A DNA stretch of 64,000 nucleotides from Promethearchaeati archaeon SRVP18_Atabeyarchaeia-1 (GTDB lineage Archaea; Asgardarchaeota; Atabeyarchaeia; Atabeyarchaeales; Atabeyarchaeaceae). A program made the translations under genes and the position numbers. The stretch lies in assembly GCA_037308085.1 (NCBI GenBank), contig CP147779.1, forward strand, positions 2,080,001-2,144,000. The letters run 5' to 3'. The notes beneath the pieces were generated by a model. The model was not told the DNA's origin. It saw only the letters and a program-made list of their open reading frames with translations, and did no database searches. Below are positions 58,550 through 64,000 of the stretch, in pieces (position 1 is the first letter of the stretch; each line of letters starts with the position of its first letter).

Positions 58550-61135
58550 TCACGCTCGTGCCGAATGAAAAGGTTTCGATACTGACGTCTGCTCCATCCT
58601 GTACGCATACCGCTTGTAGAACAATCTCTTCACGAGTTCAACTATCGCGAGGTAGCTGACGATCATAATTGCGAGAAAAACGAAGAACGCCTTGGGTAGC
58701 ACCACGAAGTGGAACAGTTCATCGCCGACACCTGTGAATGGAAGCAAGATAGCGAATGTCACGATACCAATGCTGCTAGCGGCAAGCGCCTTGCTGGGTC
58801 GACTCCGATAGAACGGCGTCTTCCTCGTCCTTATGACGAAGATGACGAGCGTCTGCGTGGAAATGGATTCAACGAACCAGGCTGTCTGGAACAAGAACTC
58901 ATTCTGTGAAGCGTTGAACACGAATAGCATGATGAAGAAAGTTAGAAAATCAAAGATGGAACTTATGGGGCCCAGGAATATCATGAATTTCCTCACTCCT
59001 GCAACATCTAGCCTCTTCGGAGACTCAAGGTACTCTTTGTCAACATTGTCAGTTGGAATAGTCGTCTCAGACACATCGTAGAGGAGGTTATTCAGAAGTA
59101 TTTGCGTTGCCGTCATTGGCAGAAATGGCAGGAATATCGATCCACCTGCGACGCTGAACATGTTGCCGAAATTGGAGCTCGTACCCATCCTGATGTATTT
59201 CATCGTATTTCCGAAGGTCTTCCGACCTTCAAGCACACCTTCATGAAGAACCATGAGGCTCTTATTGAGCAGGATTATGTCAGCGGACTCCTTTGCCACA
59301 TCGACCGCGTTATTGACGGATATGCTTACATCAGCTGTCTTGAGCGACGGCGCATCGTTTATTCCATCTCCGAGAAACCCGACCACATGCCCATGAGATT
59401 TAAGTGCGTTCATTATTCTGTCTTTCTGAGCAGGGGTGACCCTAGCGAAGATATTTACCCGGTCAGCGACTCTTCCGAGAGCGTCGTCGTTAAGCTCATA
59501 GATCTCGCTGCCGGTGACAACACCCTTTATCTTGAAACCCAGCTCCTCGCACACTTTCCTGGTGACCAACTCGTTGTCGCCTGTTAGGATTTTGACTTCC
59601 ACGCCAGCCTTAGCTAGTTGCCGCAGGGCTTTCTTGGCAGTGTGTTTTGGTGGGTCCAGGAACCCGATCATCCCCATGAGCGTCATGTCACGCTCATCGC
59701 CCACAGAGCATGTCTTTTCCTCTTTCATATTCTTGTAAGAGACTCCGAGTACCCTGAATCCTTGTGCGCTCAGGCGGCTGTACTGCTTCTCAATCTTCTG
59801 ATGCAGCTCTGGTGTCAAGTCTAAAATCTTGCCTTTGACTTCAACCTTCGTACAGATTTTGAGAACATCCTCAGGAGCGCCCTTCGTTATGAGAAGTTGA
59901 TCCTCTGCCTTCTCAACGACAACCGAGACACGTCTTCTCGTGAAATCGAATGGGACTTCATCTATCTTTCTGTACGCAGTAACGTCAACCTCCTTGGCGT
60001 GCTTGAGCAGCGCATCGTCGAGAGGGTTCTTCACCCACGACTCGAAGTAGCTGTTCAGGTACGAGTAGGTGAGGACCCTGTAGTCATCCTCACCATCGGT
60101 GTTGACATGGAGAACCAGTGAGATCTCGTTCTCCGTGAGTGTCCCTGTCTTGTCAGTACACAAGACATCCATGCTACCTAGATTCTGTATTGACGCCAAA
60201 CGCTTCACGATAACGCCTCTATGCGACATCGAAAGAGCGCCCTTTGAGAGGTTTATGGAGACGATCATAGGCAAGAGCTCAGGGGTCAAGCCAACGGCGA
60301 GGGCTACTGAGAAAAGAAATGAATCAAGTATTCTACCCTTAAGTAGCGCATTCATGAAGAAGACGAAGATCACAAGAAGAAAGGTGACCTCCATCATCAA
60401 GTAGCCGAATCTTCTAAGGCCCCGCTCAAACTCGGTCTCAGGCTCTCTCGCGACGAGCGTCTTCGCGATTCTGCCATACTCGGTCTCCCCCCCAGTATTA
60501 ACGGCCACAGCCACTGCCGTCCCGCCCGTCACGGATGTTCCCATAAAGAGGAAGTTATTCCAATCAGTTATCATTCTACTCTTGGCCTTTATCGGTTTGT
60601 CTATTTTCTCTACGGGGAAGGATTCTCCTGTCAGCGCAGACTGGTCAACAAAAAGGTCCTTCTCGTTGAGAATTCTTGCATCGGCCGGAACTATGTCACC
60701 TGCTGACAGATGTACCACGTCGCCGGGCACTATCTCGGATAGCTTCACCTCCTCCTTGACGCCGCTACGCACGACTGTCGCGGTTGTGGTCACTTTCTCC
60801 TTCAAACTGTCGGCTGCCTTGACGGCCTTGGATTCCTGGTAAGTGTCGAGAGCCGCACTGGCAAACACGATCCCCAGTATAATGGTGGCATCAATAAGGT
60901 CACCCAGATAAATCGATAAGAAGGAGGCAAAAATTAGTATCACGAGGAGAGGACTTCTGAAGCGAAGAGCGAACTTTACTGCCCCAGTCCTCCTCTTTCT
61001 TCTTGCAAGCTCATTGTAACCGAACTTCTCTATGCGCCTGCTTACTTCGTCATGTGTGAGACCTGAAATGGACGTGTCCAGACGTCCGAGAACCTTCTCG
61101 CCAGTCAGACCCAAGAATTCCTCCGCACTGGCCAT
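58550..61135 (-). CDS. mgtA: Mg2+-transporting P-type ATPase
   Basis: TGES, VGLTPELLP, DKTGTLT, EVPFDF.RRR, TGDN, GDGINDAP, SSNFGNMFS. Confidence 0.92.
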   Translation of the reverse strand: MASAEEFLGLTGEKVLGRLDTSISGLTHDEVSRRIEKFGYNELARRKRRTGAVKFALRFRSPLLVILIFASFLSIYLGDLIDATIILGIVFASAALDTYQESKAVKAADSLKEKVTTTATVVRSGVKEEVKLSEIVPGDVVHLSAGDIVPADARILNEKDLFVDQSALTGESFPVEKIDKPIKAKSRMITDWNNFLFMGTSVTGGTAVAVAVNTGGETEYGRIAKTLVAREPETEFERGLRRFGYLMMEVTFLLVIFVFFMNALLKGRILDSFLFSVALAVGLTPELLPMIVSINLSKGALSMSHRGVIVKRLASIQNLGSMDVLCTDKTGTLTENEISLVLHVNTDGEDDYRVLTYSYLNSYFESWVKNPLDDALLKHAKEVDVTAYRKIDEVPFDFTRRRVSVVVEKAEDQLLITKGAPEDVLKICTKVEVKGKILDLTPELHQKIEKQYSRLSAQGFRVLGVSYKNMKEEKTCSVGDERDMTLMGMIGFLDPPKHTAKKALRQLAKAGVEVKILTGDNELVTRKVCEELGFKIKGVVTGSEIYELNDDALGRVADRVNIFARVTPAQKDRIMNALKSHGHVVGFLGDGINDAPSLKTADVSISVNNAVDVAKESADIILLNKSLMVLHEGVLEGRKTFGNTMKYIRMGTSSNFGNMFSVAGGSIFLPFLPMTATQILLNNLLYDVSETTIPTDNVDKEYLESPKRLDVAGVRKFMIFLGPISSIFDFLTFFIMLFVFNASQNEFLFQTAWFVESISTQTLVIFVIRTRKTPFYRSRPSKALAASSIGIVTFAILLPFTGVGDELFHFVVLPKAFFVFLAIMIVSYLAIVELVKRLFYKRYAYRMEQTSVSKPFHSARA

Positions 61136-61432
61136 TGAACGCGCCCCGCAAAGTCTCGCCTGCACCTAAACTTCCCTAAAGTTGCCGTCTTCATTTATAA
61201 GTGTTATCGTGCGATAACAGGCTACTTTTCTCATAGAGGATCCTTTGTCGACAGAGAGGCCCATGATCATGCTGGCTCGAGGTGAGAATGCAGGGAAAAG
61301 AGTTGAGCAAATGCTTTGTAGAGCAGGCATGGCGCGCCTGCACAGGATGTTTGCGCGCGCGTATTATCGGAAGGCTTATTATATCGTGTCAATCAACGCG
61401 TGCCAGACATATCTCTGGAGGAGCTTCCACTT

Positions 61433-61951
61433 ATGCAAGTATGGAAAATTGTTCTGCTAAATCCTACGAACGACTGGGGTAGGTTTGTCAAAGAGAAAGC
61501 GGTATTTGTAGGCAAGTTCGGACCCGAGGACCTTAATGAATTAGACAAGTTCTCCTGTAAGGAGGACATCGAAGAGTTTCTCTCGGAAGGGGCCGCCGCC
61601 GAATTGTGGAAATTCTCGCACGATGTCATGATAGGCGACGCGGTTATTGCTGCAACCGACAAGGAAATCCTTGGAGTGGGAAAGATCACTAGCGGGTATT
61701 CATACGACTCCATATTCGACCCCACGGATAAGTGCTACAATAAGGCTCACACGAGGCGCACAGAATGGGCGGAGCTGAAACCCCACTTGGCTAGGGAAAC
61801 AGGGGATCCACTTTTCAAGCCGCTCCCCAAGGAATTCGAGTCGCTCAACAACCAAATCAAAATAGCAGAGCTCTCCCTAAGGGAATGGGAAGCTATCGGC
61901 AAGAGATACCCCAAGGTCAAGGAAGCATCGCAGAAGTTGGGCATCAAGTGA
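61433..61951 (+). CDS. Stand-alone PUA/EVE-like domain resembling N-termini of McrB-type/restriction proteins
   Basis: WKFSHDVMIGDAVIA...ILGVGKITSGYSYD...HTRRTEW; GGAGGAG SD before ATG 61433. Confidence 0.6.
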   Translation: MQVWKIVLLNPTNDWGRFVKEKAVFVGKFGPEDLNELDKFSCKEDIEEFLSEGAAAELWKFSHDVMIGDAVIAATDKEILGVGKITSGYSYDSIFDPTDKCYNKAHTRRTEWAELKPHLARETGDPLFKPLPKEFESLNNQIKIAELSLREWEAIGKRYPKVKEASQKLGIK

Positions 61952-62212
61952 GAATTACAGCAACCATGTCACCGCTCGGCATACTCACCTGTTTCTATTT
62001 CTTGTCCCAGAGGAAATGGTAGGTTAGAAGCGCTGACGAATGAGAGTTTCGTATCGGGGCTTCGACGGATTTCACCCTACAGGTGAGAGTCTCGACCCCA
62101 GAACTGTAAGATTTAAGTGTTTCACCAGCTCCTCCCTACGTGAACTCGATTAAGTAGATCTCACTCTGTTTCTCGCAAAGATGCGGCGCGGCTCAGACTA
62201 GTCCAAGTAAGC

Positions 62213-63172
62213 ATGAGGGAAAACTTAATGGCGCCAATGAGAATAGGGCATCTCTCGACAGCGTACCACACAGCCTTCGTACTCATGGGAGCTGAGCTGC
62301 TAGAAAGAAAGGCCCGAATTGAGGCCAGCTGGCGATTGTTTCCCACAGGACCCGAGATGATAAAAGCATTCCAGAGAGAAGAGCTGGACATAGGGTACAT
62401 AGGTCTACCTCCGGCCATGATAGGTATTGAGAAGGGCCTTAAGATTAAGTGCATCGCCGGAGGACACGTCGAAGGAACCATGATGGTGTCAGCCCGCAGA
62501 TTCATAGACCTGAACGCGTTGAACGACGTGAAAGCGACTCTCATGCAGTTTAAGGGAAAAACTATCGGGACTCCGGCTAAGGGCTCAATCCACGATGTCA
62601 TAATCCGCCATCTCGTAGAGGCGGCTGGTCTCCAAGATGAAATAGCCGTCAGGAACTTTCAATGGGCGGATTTCATTCTAGAGGCCATGGAGGAGAAACT
62701 GGTTGACGCGGGCTGTGGAACTCCGCCATTAGCGGTGCTTGCCTCGAGGTTCCTCGACTCGAAGATAATACTACCTCCGCACGCAATGTGGGCGTACAGC
62801 CCAAGTTACGGCATCGTTGCCGCGGAGCACGTGATCCACGATTCACCCGACACATTAGATCTCTTCCTAAGGTTGCATGAAGACGCCTGCAACCTGATAA
62901 GGCTCAAGCCCCTTGAAGCGGCAAAGATGGGCGCGCATGCAATAGGACTAGTGAAAAAGGACTTCTTGTTGGACGTGTTTAAGGTCTCACCCAAGTACTG
63001 TGCAAGCGTTCCGAAGGAATTCGTAGAATCCACCCTAGCCTTTATCCCAGTTCTTAAGAAGATGGGGTACATATCAAGGCCGTTGAAGCGAGTCGATATC
63101 TTCGACACAAAGCTTGTCGAAAGCACCCACAAGGAGAAGCCACACTACGACGACCCCGGAAAACTCATCTAA
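62213..63172 (+). CDS. ABC-type substrate-binding-fold protein (SsuA/TauA/NMT1-like), orphan
   Basis: RIGHLST.YH, TGPEMI, LDIGYIGLPP, IGTPAKGSIHDV; no signal peptide, no permease nearby. Confidence 0.78.
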   Translation: MRENLMAPMRIGHLSTAYHTAFVLMGAELLERKARIEASWRLFPTGPEMIKAFQREELDIGYIGLPPAMIGIEKGLKIKCIAGGHVEGTMMVSARRFIDLNALNDVKATLMQFKGKTIGTPAKGSIHDVIIRHLVEAAGLQDEIAVRNFQWADFILEAMEEKLVDAGCGTPPLAVLASRFLDSKIILPPHAMWAYSPSYGIVAAEHVIHDSPDTLDLFLRLHEDACNLIRLKPLEAAKMGAHAIGLVKKDFLLDVFKVSPKYCASVPKEFVESTLAFIPVLKKMGYISRPLKRVDIFDTKLVESTHKEKPHYDDPGKLI

Positions 63173-63177
63173 AGCGA

Positions 63178-63471
63178 TCATCCACCAGCCACAGGAGGCA
63201 TCATTGCGAGGACACCTCCAGCGCGAAGCTTTGTCTTCAAGCCATCCAGCTCCTCGATGTTCTGGCTATCCAGAAAAAATAGTACTCTGAGACCTCTACG
63301 ATCTCTTCCGGAGAGGACGTAGTTCTCAAATTCCTTTCCATATTCTCTGCTCAAAGCAGAAAGTACATCTTCTATGGTCGAGTCTTCCTCCACCGAGAGT
63401 TTCTCTTCGTGCCTGCCCGTTATATTGCGCAGCAATGTAAAGTAGCGGATGGTGACTTCCATAGCGCGCAT
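63178..63471 (-). CDS. MoaD/ThiS/SAMP ubiquitin-like protein
   Basis: VTIRYF.LLRNITG, C-terminal PPVAGG; GAGGAGGAG SD before ATG 63471. Confidence 0.9.
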   Translation of the reverse strand: MRAMEVTIRYFTLLRNITGRHEEKLSVEEDSTIEDVLSALSREYGKEFENYVLSGRDRRGLRVLFFLDSQNIEELDGLKTKLRAGGVLAMMPPVAGG

Positions 63472-64000
63472 CTCCTCCTCAGAGACTAAATGCAGCGATA
63501 TATAAGGATGATGAGGAGTCGTTCCTCGCACCGAGATGAGGAAAGTCAATTACCTGCGGAAAAATGTGAGCTGCCAAAAAGCCTCAACCCTTTCTGGTTC
63601 GTAACCAATGCTTCGCCCCCTCGCGCGGACACAAGTACCACAGCTCTTATTGGAGGCTTCATTGCATGCGTTCTTCCTCGCTAGCTTCTTAGCCCCCAAG
63701 GAATACGGTGGCTGCAACCTTGTTTCCCAGAAATCGAAACCCAGAAGGGAATTGACAGAATGCGTAGAGCGAGACCAACCATGCCGATCAGCCACCCGAT
63801 AGGTTCGGGGCCTGCCTAGCGCGCTTGGAAGCCAACACCCTTCAAGCACTTGGCAGCTTACTTTTTGTGAGTTGCTTTCGTCCTAACCCTTTCTTGGTTC
63901 GTTCGAGTTCTGGCGGACTAGCATGCCTTCTCCACTTATTTATCAAGTTCTCGGGCCAACCAATGCGGGCTAGTCGATTGAGTTTGTCTTCGGTGATCTT

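Noticed and set aside
63550-63924. Third TAG read-through ORF on the minus strand
   Set aside because: The joined translation is not protein-like and matches no family I recognise
1-64000. CRISPR array and rRNA genes
   Set aside because: No regularly spaced repeats or rRNA signature sequences were seen by eye
1-64000. Genome-wide TAG-to-pyrrolysine code
   Set aside because: About half of the genes end at TAG at the natural family C-terminus, some immediately before the next start

Overview
Gene-dense archaeal chromosomal window with about 60 CDS; no rRNA, tRNA or CRISPR array was recognised. A Rab-like small GTPase, a longin-type protein and a roadblock/LC7 protein point to an Asgard archaeon (inference). 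Housekeeping and metabolic genes include MetRS, a DHS-like enzyme, a tungsten AOR-family enzyme, a GH38 mannosidase, MgtA, fused ComDE, Tag and AlkD glycosylases, a SAMP/MoaD and several transporters. Best leads: (1) a 4-gene operon (35857->33087) encoding a small Zn-binding protein, a longin protein, a 15-TM protein built as 7TM+1+7TM with N-out/C-in repeats, and a Rab-like GTPase, which looks like a membrane receptor/GEF/GTPase module; (2) a NurA-HerA pair without mre11/rad50, led by an unknown, possibly RdgC-like gene; (3) a decayed tnpB bounded by IS6-like terminal inverted repeats, plus an orphan IS200/605-type right end; (4) an RLAN/RimK/GCS2/YkgJ peptide-ligase cluster; (5) two genes broken by single in-frame TAG codons and at least one likely non-canonical start codon. 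All family calls come from motif recognition by eye; no searches were run.
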